64,000 nucleotides of DNA from Verrucomicrobiales bacterium (GTDB lineage Bacteria; Verrucomicrobiota; Verrucomicrobiia; Limisphaerales; Palsa-1400). The DNA lies in assembly GCA_003140095.1 (NCBI GenBank), contig PLIU01000248.1:2304-66303 (forward strand). Direction: 5' to 3'. Position numbers and translations under genes: made by a program. How positions within the stretch are numbered: the stretch's first letter is position 1; the number at the start of each line of letters is the position of its first letter. Below, in pieces: positions 55,501 to 63,208 of the stretch. The notes under the pieces are model-generated. The model worked only from the letters and a program-made list of their open reading frames with translations. It searched no databases and was not told the DNA's origin.

Positions 55501-56032
55501 CCCCGGAATCATCGACTGTAAATGTAATGGGAGGGGCGCTGTTGTCGCTGAGCGTGGCGGTGCAAGCTGCGATGCCGTCGTAGCCCCCAAAATAGACCTT
55601 GAGATATTTGGTTCTTGTGTCCGCCTTGACCGTGAATTGCAGGCCGTTGCCCGCAGGTCCATTGGCAAAGCAATCATTGGTGCCTGTGGACGAGTTGTCG
55701 GGTGTGCCATCACTCCAGGAAAAGAAAGGACCACCGTCAGAGTCATAATAGGGGCCGATGGCGCCGTAAACCGAAAGGTCGCTGATGGAATTTGTGTCCG
55801 GTCCCACGGCCTTATGATCGAAAACACCAGTCGGGTCAGCGTGAGTTTCCTCCCAAAAGATCCAGTCCGCCGTGCCCTCCGACGTCAGGTCGTTGGTGGC
55901 CGCATATTCCGGTGTTGCGGGACTGATCTGATTTACGCTGCCGAGCAGGGTTCCGGCAGCAACCTGGCTGCTGACAAAGCAGGCGCCGGCCAGGCATGTG
56001 AGCAGCATGGTGATTTTTCCATTTATTCTCAT
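52583..56032 (-). CDS. Giant secreted protein made of four super-repeats (~180-aa unknown beta-rich domain, followed by an Ig I-set-like domain in the first three)
   Basis: Signal MRINGKITMLLTCLAGACFVSSQVAAG. Four units of the form EGTLDWA.WG...G.N.LEQKAGVTN.ISD...SWSDGTPD...GYQITVPADTTKK.L.VY.GGY. The first three units are each followed by an Ig-like PLSYQW..E.NGVY.PL.....ISG..T.TL.ISNL....A.NY.VVV.N..GA.TSS. The protein ends in QMFYRVKAN. Confidence 0.8.
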   Translation of the reverse strand: MRINGKITMLLTCLAGACFVSSQVAAGTLLGSVNQISPATPEYAATNDLTSEGTADWIFWEETHADPTGVFDHKAVGPDTNSISDLSVYGAIGPYYDSDGGPFFSWSDGTPDNSSTGTNDCFANGPAGNGLQFTVKADTRTKYLKVYFGGYDGIAACTATLSDNSAPPITFTVDDSGDYQAEDFATIQFAAASTNQTLTVAVYISVTGATDGSDTTVGLSAATLQIPPPAPVISVQPASQTNFLTLAAQLNVQAAGGLPLSYQWLQEVNGAYVPLSDGGQISGSTISTLTISNLVLANATNYQVVVSNHWGAVTSSVANLTLLTQTSVLIGSSAAAPAAVNLTAEGELDWASWGDPTGTGPNLLEQKAGVTNKISDAATYGDPASGPTQNNGAPEAASWSDGTPDLAVTNSFTGIYWAGVNNGFQFSVAASTNAQILKVYVDAYSSKLHFEAALSDSSAPAYVDESITTLAYADESIAYTIEFAAGSPGQILNILAYSLLNNGGGGNTELMSATLRGPEPYIATQSSSLTNWNAQSVELTASAEGWLPLSYQWWMESNGVYVPLADAGPISGAETASLAISNLVSADATNYYVVVTNSYGAVTSSVITMTVLPVTGTLIGAAVPTPPTADLTVAGTLDWATWGEMTGSPPNYLEQEAGGTNQISDVTVIGPTSGPNQFGNAIVASSWSNGTPDAVITNETDGIYFNGLDNGYQITVPADTTKKILTLYAGGYNCQVQVQAALSDSSAPPYIDNSLVTAGGGAHAGAYTIEFAAGTNDQTLTVTVTCATDGGNCTLMAATLAGPKPNIVSQPASLTNNVATTAQLTALVEGAAPLSYQWLMESNGVYTPLADSGQISGSLTPTLTVSNLVFANAANYYVVVTNSYGAATSSVATLTVLPIAGTLIGSAATAPANVNLTAEGTLDWADWGVPTGAGLNFLEQKAGVTNEISDVTAIGPGNGPDLFNNAVIAISWSDGTPDGAVTNTTTGIYYSGLNNGYQITVPADTTKKLLTVYAGGYGTIVNFQASLSDASSPPYANESLSDPGGNSIGSADAYTLQFAAGSTNQTLTVSVTCAADYGGGNVTLMAATLSGPPLTLQLGFVGSSLQLTWPSGTLEQATNLTGPWTTNPAPSPFTFTPSAPQMFYRVKAN

Positions 56033-56090
56033 AGGATTTTTGTTTTTTGTCTTTTTATTCGTTTTGCCAAATTTGGGATTCACACACTGA

Positions 56091-57119
56091 CTAATCACAA
56101 TTGCGGTCACCTGTCAAACAGGATTGATTGGGAGATTGCGTCCGGGAAAATAATTGTTTCAACAGCGCGAAATGTTGGATGGTCAGGTGATGTCGCCATG
56201 CATCGAGGATCACCGCCCCCACGATCACAACACCGGTGATGACGCGCTTGGTGGGTTCGGAGGCGCCGATCTGCGCCAGGCCGGCTTCCAGCGTGGCGAT
56301 AATCAGCACGCCAAAAAAAGTGTTCACCACAGAACCGCGCCCACCCATAAGGCTGGTCCCGCCAATGACAACGGCCGCGATGGCCAAGAGTTCCAGGCCT
56401 ACGCCGGCGTTCGGATCCGAAGAGCCGAGCCGAGACGTGTAAAAGACTCCCCCCAGCCCGCTGAGCAAGCCGAGGAGCGCGAAGACCGCAATCTTGGCCG
56501 GCATAGGGTTGATGCCCGCAAGACGCACGGCCTGTTCGTTGGTGCCAATGGCGACCAGATAGCGACCAAACACCGTGCGCGAGAGGACAACCTGTCCAGC
56601 CACGACCACCAGCACAGCCATAAGGAACGCCGGCGAAACCGCCAGGCCAGCGACGGGCGCGGACAGGCTTTCCACGGCGCTGCCGATGTATTTGGTTTGC
56701 GAGTGGGTGGTGAGATAGGCCAGACCGCGCGCGATCTCCAACATCCCCAGCGTGACGATGAACGAGGGAATGCCGAGGCAGACGATGACGAGGCCGTTCA
56801 AGGCGCCAGCGACCAGACCGAGCCCCAGACCAAAGAGGATGGCCGCCCAGAACGGCAGGTGAAAATTAACCAGGGCCAATCCCACCACCGCGCCGCAAAG
56901 GCCGAGGACCGAACCGACCGAGAGGTCAATCTCGCCGATGATGAGCACGAGGGTCATGCCCGCCGCGATCACCGCCAGCGCGGGAATGCGATTGGCCAGC
57001 GTGATGAAGGTGCGGGCGCTGAGAAAATTGCGGCTCAGCAGGCCGAACAAGAGCACCAGCCCGAGCCAGATCACGAGCATGGCCGTGTATTCGATTAGTT
57101 TCTTGGGTCTAAGAGTCAT
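56091..57119 (-). CDS. Sugar ABC transporter permease (ribose/xylose RbsC/BPD_transp_2 type)
   Basis: About 9-10 hydrophobic segments. Motifs TLVLIIGEIDLSVGS and GGTSLMGGRGSV are typical of the RbsC family. The start overlaps the upstream ATPase stop by 4 nt. Confidence 0.88.
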   Translation of the reverse strand: MTLRPKKLIEYTAMLVIWLGLVLLFGLLSRNFLSARTFITLANRIPALAVIAAGMTLVLIIGEIDLSVGSVLGLCGAVVGLALVNFHLPFWAAILFGLGLGLVAGALNGLVIVCLGIPSFIVTLGMLEIARGLAYLTTHSQTKYIGSAVESLSAPVAGLAVSPAFLMAVLVVVAGQVVLSRTVFGRYLVAIGTNEQAVRLAGINPMPAKIAVFALLGLLSGLGGVFYTSRLGSSDPNAGVGLELLAIAAVVIGGTSLMGGRGSVVNTFFGVLIIATLEAGLAQIGASEPTKRVITGVVIVGAVILDAWRHHLTIQHFALLKQLFSRTQSPNQSCLTGDRNCD

Positions 57120-58642
57120 CGTTCAGTGACGTTGTCTTTCCCGTCGAGATAACCACTGAACGCGGCCCGGGTGATTTTTTCCTGTGTCCACTCCTCGGGC
57201 GTGAATTCGCCTTTGATCTGGCCTTGCGACAGGACGAGAATGCGGCCGCACAGGGCCATGAGTTCAACCAGTTCGCTTGAGACGACCACGACCGCCTTCG
57301 ATTCACCCGCCAAGTCGCGCAACAACTGGTAGATGGCGTGTCTGGCAGCGACATCCACGCCGCGCGTTGGCTCATCGAACAAGAGAATGCGGCAATCCCG
57401 CGCGAGCCACCGGGCGATGACCACTTTTTGTTGGTTGCCGCCGCTCAATTCGCCTACGGGCTGTTCGAGTGAAGTGCAGCAAACCTGCAAACGGCCGCAG
57501 AAGGTTTCGGTGGTTTTGGTTTCCGCGCTGGTGTCAAGCCAGCCAGCGCTGTTGGCGTGCCGTGCGATGGTGCTCAGCGTAGTATTGACTCGGATGGATT
57601 GCGGCAACAGCAGGCCGTCCCGTTGGCGATCTTCAGGCACGAGGCCAATGCCGGCACGAAGAGCATCGGCCGGGATTCGGATGACCACAGGCTGCTCACC
57701 GACAAGAATCTCCCCGCTTTCTTTGGCGTCCGCCCCGAAGATGGCGCGCAAGGTTTCCGTCCGGCCTGAACCGATCAGACCAGCGATGCCCAGAATTTCA
57801 CCGTGTCGAACCTCGAAACTGACGTTCCGCACCCGTTCCCCCGCTCGCAGGTTTCGCACGCGCAAAGCGACTTCCCCTTTGGGACGTTCGATGGCTGTCT
57901 TTCGCGCTGGCAAATCGCGTCCGACCATTTTGCGGACCAGTTCCTCGGGTGTGGACTCGCCGGCGCTGCATGTGGCGACGGCGCGGCCATCGCGCATGAC
58001 GGTAATGCGGTCGGCGATGCGCCGGATTTCATCCATCCGGTGGCTGATGTAAATGATCCCCACGCCATCCTTTTGAAGTCGGCGGATGTTTCCGAACAAC
58101 TGCTCGATTTCAGGATCGGTCAGCGCCGCCGTCGGCTCATCCAGAATGAGCAGCCGACAATTCTGCGATAACGCGCCGGCAATTTCGACCAATTGCTGCT
58201 GACCCACGCCCAAAAATCCCGCCGGCGTGGCGGGATCAACCGCGTCGAGACCCACACGCGCGAGGGCTTTGCGGGCTTTTTCGTGCAGGGCAGCGAAACG
58301 GAGGAATCCACCGTGTCGCGGCAAGCGATTGAGAAAGATGTTTTCCGCGATGCTCATGGTCCCAATCACATTCAGCTCCTGCAGCACCATGATAACGCCC
58401 GCGCGTTCGGCTTCACGCTTGGAAATGGGGGTGTAGGGACGGCCTTCAAGGTGAATGTCTCCGGCATCGCGGACGGTCAGCCCGGAGAGAATGCGCGCAA
58501 AAGTGGATTTGCCCGCGCCGTTGCCGCCCACCAAGGCATGAACTTCGCCTGGCTGCAAGGAGAAGCTGAAGTCCACCAACACGGGGACGTTGTAGCTCTT
58601 CTGAAGCCGGGTCACTTGCAGGAGTGGAGCAGCTTTGGACAT
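57116..58642 (-). CDS. Sugar ABC transporter ATP-binding protein with duplicated ABC domains (RbsA/MglA type)
   Basis: GGNGAGKST, a first signature (VGQQQLVEIAG) with LLILDEPTAAL, a second P-loop GLIGSGRTE, LSGGNQQKVVIARWL, and LLFDEPTRGVDV. Confidence 0.92.
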   Translation of the reverse strand: MSKAAPLLQVTRLQKSYNVPVLVDFSFSLQPGEVHALVGGNGAGKSTFARILSGLTVRDAGDIHLEGRPYTPISKREAERAGVIMVLQELNVIGTMSIAENIFLNRLPRHGGFLRFAALHEKARKALARVGLDAVDPATPAGFLGVGQQQLVEIAGALSQNCRLLILDEPTAALTDPEIEQLFGNIRRLQKDGVGIIYISHRMDEIRRIADRITVMRDGRAVATCSAGESTPEELVRKMVGRDLPARKTAIERPKGEVALRVRNLRAGERVRNVSFEVRHGEILGIAGLIGSGRTETLRAIFGADAKESGEILVGEQPVVIRIPADALRAGIGLVPEDRQRDGLLLPQSIRVNTTLSTIARHANSAGWLDTSAETKTTETFCGRLQVCCTSLEQPVGELSGGNQQKVVIARWLARDCRILLFDEPTRGVDVAARHAIYQLLRDLAGESKAVVVVSSELVELMALCGRILVLSQGQIKGEFTPEEWTQEKITRAAFSGYLDGKDNVTER

Positions 58643-58651
58643 AACGGGAGA

Positions 58652-59599
58652 TTACTTGGTAATGAGATCCACCGCCGTGATCTGGTCCGCTGGCGGGGCT
58701 TCACCTTTTAAGATTTTCAGGGCTGCCTCGATGCCAAACACCGCGAGCCGGTCGCCGTGCTGGTCCGCCGTCGCCACTACTTGCCTCTTGTCCAATAACG
58801 GCCGCAAGGCGCTAATGTTGTCGAAGCCCACGACCAGAACCTTGCCGGTCTTGCCCGCCTGTTGAATCGCGGAGACCGCGCCCAGGGCCATGTTGTCGTT
58901 CGCGCACAGAATGGCTTTGAGGTCGGCATGCTCATTGAGCATGGCGGCCGCGACGTTGTTGGCCGCTTCCATTTCCCAGCGGCCGCTTTGGACGCTCACG
59001 ATGTTCACGCCTGCAGCCTTCATGGCGTCCTCGAAGCCCAGACGGCGTTGCTGGCCGTTGAATGCGGTGGGGATGCCCTCAATGATGGCCACGTTGTCGC
59101 CTGCCGAAAGTTGCTTGGCGAGCGCGTCGCCCACTTTGCGCGCGCCGGCACGGTTGTCCGGGCCGACGAAAGGCACGGTAAGATCCGCTTGCTTGAGCAC
59201 GTCGGCATCGAGCTTGTTGTCGATGTTCACGACGAGGATGCCCGCCTCTTTGGCGCGTTTCAGGACCGTCACCAGCGCTTTGGAGTCCGCCGGCGCGATG
59301 ACGATGGCGTTGACCCGTTGCGCAATCATTTGCTCGACGAGGTTGACCTGCTCGGCGAGGTCGGTCTCGTTCTTGATGCCGTTGACAATGAGATCGTAAT
59401 CGGCGGCATGGGCAGCCTGATGCTGTTTTGCTCCATCCGCCATGGTGCTGAAGAATTCGTTGGCCAACGACTTCATGACCAGCGCGACCTTGGGTTTGCC
59501 GGGGGCGGATTTGTTGGCGCTGTTGTTGGCGGACTTGTCACAGCCACCGTTCAACCCGGCCAGCGCACCCAAGGCCAAGGCGAGCGTCAGCCTCGCCAC
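58652..59599 (-). CDS. Sugar ABC transporter periplasmic substrate-binding lipoprotein (RbsB-like)
   Basis: KVALVMKSLANEFF, AIVIAP, ILVVNIDN, DNRAGARKVGD, ILCANDNMALGA and VVGFDN. The preferred start is GTG 59599, giving the lipoprotein-like signal (M)ARLTLALALGALAGLNGGC. The track start (TTG 59767) adds 56 implausible residues. Confidence 0.85.
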   Translation of the reverse strand: MARLTLALALGALAGLNGGCDKSANNSANKSAPGKPKVALVMKSLANEFFSTMADGAKQHQAAHAADYDLIVNGIKNETDLAEQVNLVEQMIAQRVNAIVIAPADSKALVTVLKRAKEAGILVVNIDNKLDADVLKQADLTVPFVGPDNRAGARKVGDALAKQLSAGDNVAIIEGIPTAFNGQQRRLGFEDAMKAAGVNIVSVQSGRWEMEAANNVAAAMLNEHADLKAILCANDNMALGAVSAIQQAGKTGKVLVVGFDNISALRPLLDKRQVVATADQHGDRLAVFGIEAALKILKGEAPPADQITAVDLITK

Positions 59600-60035
59600 G
59601 GAGTTCGAGAGCAGATGTTTTTTGATAAAATACAGTGAGTCATGGTGAAAAAGAATGCGCAAGAAGGCAAGCCTGCAAAACGGCCGATGGTTAAGCTCAT
59701 GTGCGCCTCGCTTGAGCCAGACCAGATAAGAACGGCCCGCTCCGCGGGTTTCCTCGCCGGCCGCCAAAATTCCTGCGTCATCTTGTAAAGGTTATTTCTT
59801 GACGTACCTAAGAAAAGTTGGTGCGAAGTCTGCGATGACTTGCCTGCTGCCTGACGTCAGCGGCAATGGCGAGGCCTTTTGCGTTGTGCGCGCGCCCAGC
59901 CCGGCGGAGGAGCCGAAACGCCGCGTGTCGCCCCAGCGCGAGGTTTTCCAACAGGAGAAACAATGTATGCGGCTGATGGAGCACATTGAATGATCCCGGC
60001 TGCCCAGCCAATTCCCCAAAAGCGGATTACTTGGA

Positions 60036-61337
60036 TTAAGGGCGCCGTTGCGCTCCATTGCCGGTAATGAGCAACCTTTCGAGAGCGTTACAAGCTACCT
60101 CGGCACCTCGTTCCCCTTGGATGCGCTGGCTGATTTTCGCCGCCGCGAGCCCATATTTGGAATCAGTGAGCAACTTCTGCAATTCTCGAGCGGCACGCTT
60201 TGCCGAATAGCGCTTGCGCGCAATGGTGCGCCCTACGCCCAACCGAACCATCCGCGCTCCGTTGTCCGGTTGGTCGTAGCTATAGGGCATCACCAACATC
60301 GGGCGGCCTGCCCGCAGGGCCTGCCCCGTGGTCCCGATCCCGCCTTGATGCACAACGGCTGCCGCCCGCGCAAATATCTCGGAGAATCGAACATACCCGC
60401 AAGCGACGACATCTTCCGGCAAGGGGGCCGGTGCAGGGTTCCGCCCGACCAGCAGAACGGCGCGACGTTTCACCAGGCAGGCGGCTTCCGCGCTTTCTTG
60501 ATAGAACCTGCCTGGGTCGAGCACCGCCGAGGAACCGAGAGTGAACACGATAGGAGGACCGCCCGCGGCAAGGAATCTCACCAAATCCCGCGGAAGGGAA
60601 GTCTCCTGAATCGCGCCGTCGTAAAACGGGAAGCCGGTAACGACTGTGTTCGAGGGCCAATCCGGTTGCGGATCAGCCAGTTCAGGTGAAAAGATGGCCA
60701 GCACAAGTTGCGGCGAGTGCCGGTCCTGATAAATGGGATCCTTGCCCGGTCGCAATCCTAATTCGGTTCGCAACCGCCGCACAGGCTCACTCCAGGCGCG
60801 GGTAATGAGCTTGACCAAGCCAATGCTCAACTGATTTACGGTGGGACCCAAGGAACGCAAAAGGAGTGCCAGCTTGGGGAAGGGCGGCAGCACAGGCGGG
60901 TCGTAAGCGGAGAAAAAGGCAAACGGCGATGTAGTGTAGGACGCCCAACGGACGCCAGTTTTTTCAGCGACGAGCGGCGCCGCATAAACAAGCTCCCCTG
61001 ATACAAACAAGTCGGCGCCCCCCTGGCCAGCAATCGCTCGCATCAGGTCGTCGTAAGTGGCCCGCAACTCTGGGAACAAATATCCTCGCAGCAATCGGTC
61101 AACTCCCTTTTTCGGGTCAAAGATTTCTCTAACAACATGCGCCATCGCCGGATTTTCCGGCGTGATGTCAGGGCGCAAGGGGTGAAAACCGAATCCTAAG
61201 GTTTCAATCTTAGGACGGTAGGAAGCGCTGGCACAGAACCAGACGCTATGGCCGCGCTGACGGAGCTCCAACCCGATGGCAATCAGCGGATGGAGATCAC
61301 CCAGGGAACCCAAAGTGGTCAATAGAACGCGGCTCAT
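60036..61337 (-). CDS. GT1-family glycosyltransferase (UDP-glycosyltransferase/MGT-like)
   Basis: MSRVLLTTLGSLGDLHPLIAIGLELRQRGHSV (GT28-like N-terminus) and the C-terminal donor-binding motif VVHQGGIGTTGQALRAGRPMLVMPYSYDQPDN. Confidence 0.88.
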   Translation of the reverse strand: MSRVLLTTLGSLGDLHPLIAIGLELRQRGHSVWFCASASYRPKIETLGFGFHPLRPDITPENPAMAHVVREIFDPKKGVDRLLRGYLFPELRATYDDLMRAIAGQGGADLFVSGELVYAAPLVAEKTGVRWASYTTSPFAFFSAYDPPVLPPFPKLALLLRSLGPTVNQLSIGLVKLITRAWSEPVRRLRTELGLRPGKDPIYQDRHSPQLVLAIFSPELADPQPDWPSNTVVTGFPFYDGAIQETSLPRDLVRFLAAGGPPIVFTLGSSAVLDPGRFYQESAEAACLVKRRAVLLVGRNPAPAPLPEDVVACGYVRFSEIFARAAAVVHQGGIGTTGQALRAGRPMLVMPYSYDQPDNGARMVRLGVGRTIARKRYSAKRAARELQKLLTDSKYGLAAAKISQRIQGERGAEVACNALERLLITGNGAQRRP

Positions 61338-61451
61338 GGTCGTGGATAATAGGCGGAAGAAGCGAAATTGTCATTTCCTTCCACCACAAACCAATGAAGG
61401 CGGCGGGGATCCTCGGAAGTTGGTATTTTCAGCAATAAGCAACCAATCGCA

Positions 61452-61521
61452 GACTTCATTCTGCTTCACTTCATCCGTCATCCTCCTTGCTTTTTTTCGT
61501 GATCCTTGTGTCTTTTGTGGC
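61452..61521 (-). repeat. Partial copy C of the intergenic repeat family (CACAAAAG...GGATC...GATGAAG module only)
   Basis: CTTCATTCTGCTTCACTTCATCCGTCATCCTCC...GATCCTTGTGTCTTTTGTGGC resembles the rc of 2130-2186 (GGCCACAAAAGAACACAAAGAGCCAAGACAAGGATCCAGAATGAAGGATGAAG). No decamer array is attached. Confidence 0.5.
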
Positions 61522-61675
61522 AAATATCAGCACCGTGTGGGTCATTTCGCGAGCGCATGGTTCATGCGGAAGGCGAAACGCCGGCTTGCGGTCTTGACTC
61601 GTTCAATGTGGCGGCGTCAAGCTGGAGCGGTCCCGATAACTTGATTCTCGTGTCACGAAAGCTTTGACAAGCAAT

Positions 61676-63190
61676 ATGAAACATACAACGCGCAGAGACT
61701 TCCTGAAGAGCTCGATGGCGGCCGGGCTGGCGCTTGGGTTGCCGAGAATAATAATCGGCGGCGAGCAGCCGTCCAAAGACACGGAACCCAGTGACACGGT
61801 CCGGTTGGCGGTGGTGGGAATGGGTGCGACCACCGCCGTTGGGGGCGTGGGCGGGCGAGGGCACCAACTCATTCCCCGGCTGCGAGAAGTGCCGGGCGCC
61901 AGGATCGTCGCTTTGTGCGATGTGGACCAATCGTTCCTGGACCGCGAAGCCAAGCCCTTCAAGGACCGGGGCCAGGAGGTCGCCACGTACCATGACCTCC
62001 GCCGGGTGCTGGACGACAAGAATATCGACGCGGTGGTCGTCGCCACGCCTAATCACTGGCATGCGCTGGCGACAGTCTGGGCCTGTCAGGCTGGCAAGGA
62101 TGTATATGTCGAGAAGCCGTTTTGCTACAATATCTGGGAAGGCCGACAAATGGTGGCGGCGGCCCGGAAATATGGCCGCATGGTCCAGGTGGGCACGCAA
62201 AATCGTTCCAGCCCGGTCCTCCGACAAGCTTTCGACTACTTGCGAAGCGGTGAGCTTGGACCCATCCGCTTTGCCCATTGTTTAGTTTACAGGCCGCGCG
62301 ACGGCATTGGCAAGGTTGCCACTCCGACGCCCGTGCCCGCGACGGTGGACTACGATCTTTGGTGCGGCCCCGTGCCCAAAGGGCCGCTCATGCGCAAGCA
62401 ATTGCATTACGAATGGCACTGGTTCTGGGCCACCGGCAACGGCGAGATGGGCAACAACGGCATCCACGTCATCGATCTCTGCCGCTGGGTTTTGGGGCAG
62501 AACCAGCCGCCGCCGCGCGCCATGAGCATCGGCGGCCGCTTTGCCTTCGACGATGGCGGCCAGACGGCGAATACCCAGATTGCGCTTTTGGATTACCAAC
62601 CCGCCTCGATCATTTGCGAAATTCGCAACGTGAGGGCCGGCACGAGCAAGGACGCCATCGGGAAGTTCCGCAACCTAAACGGTTCCGCCGGCCTGGTGAT
62701 CGATTGCGAAGGCGGCTACTTCGCCGGCGAAGTCCCCACTGGAGCAATCTTCGATACGCAGGGCAAGAAGATCAAAGACATCGCGGATGACGGGAGTTCG
62801 GAGCGGCTGGAAACCTTGCACCTATCCAACTTCGTAGCCGCAGTGCGCAGCCGCAAAGCCGGCGACCTGGCGGCCGGGGCTTTGGAGGGACACCTCTCGG
62901 CGGCCTGTTGCCACATGGCGAACATTTCCTACCGGCTGGGCAAACAGTCGGCGCCGGAGGCCATCGGGGAATCGATCCAAGCGAACCGGGAGCTATCGGA
63001 TGCGTTTGAGCGATGCCGCGAGTACTTGCGCGAAAATGGTGTTGACTTGAGTGCCACTCCGGCCGTTCTTGGCCCCTGGGTGACCTACGACCCCAAGCGT
63101 GAGCGGTTTGTCAAAGGCTTCTCGCGCCAAGCCAACGGACTTTCGCAGCGTGACTATCGCCGGCCTTTCGTGGTGCCGAAGATCGCGTAA
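61676..63190 (+). CDS. Gfo/Idh/MocA-family oxidoreductase with a TAT signal (second copy in the window)
   Basis: From ATG 61676: MKHTTRRDFLKSSMAAGLALG, VRLAVVGMG, ATPNHWHA and VYVEKP. Same architecture as 17739-19088. Confidence 0.85.
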   Translation: MKHTTRRDFLKSSMAAGLALGLPRIIIGGEQPSKDTEPSDTVRLAVVGMGATTAVGGVGGRGHQLIPRLREVPGARIVALCDVDQSFLDREAKPFKDRGQEVATYHDLRRVLDDKNIDAVVVATPNHWHALATVWACQAGKDVYVEKPFCYNIWEGRQMVAAARKYGRMVQVGTQNRSSPVLRQAFDYLRSGELGPIRFAHCLVYRPRDGIGKVATPTPVPATVDYDLWCGPVPKGPLMRKQLHYEWHWFWATGNGEMGNNGIHVIDLCRWVLGQNQPPPRAMSIGGRFAFDDGGQTANTQIALLDYQPASIICEIRNVRAGTSKDAIGKFRNLNGSAGLVIDCEGGYFAGEVPTGAIFDTQGKKIKDIADDGSSERLETLHLSNFVAAVRSRKAGDLAAGALEGHLSAACCHMANISYRLGKQSAPEAIGESIQANRELSDAFERCREYLRENGVDLSATPAVLGPWVTYDPKRERFVKGFSRQANGLSQRDYRRPFVVPKIA

Positions 63191-63208
63191 CATAGATAGA
63201 ATTGGAAC

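Noticed and set aside
59600-59767. 56-residue N-terminal extension of the substrate-binding protein from TTG 59767
   Set aside because: The extension is not signal-like. The in-frame GTG at 59599 gives a canonical lipoprotein-type signal immediately before the conserved domain.
59851-59860. Perfect 10-bp palindrome CTGACGTCAG (CRE/CRP-like) ~250 nt upstream of the ABC transporter operon
   Set aside because: About 60 perfect 10-bp palindromes are expected by chance in 64 kb (64000 x 4^-5). No regulator gene is adjacent.
61562-62278. 238-aa minus-strand ORF and the 122-aa + ORF at 61276-61644
   Set aside because: The first is antisense to the TAT-signal oxidoreductase. The second spans the GT1 start and the intergenic repeat. 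Neither has motifs.
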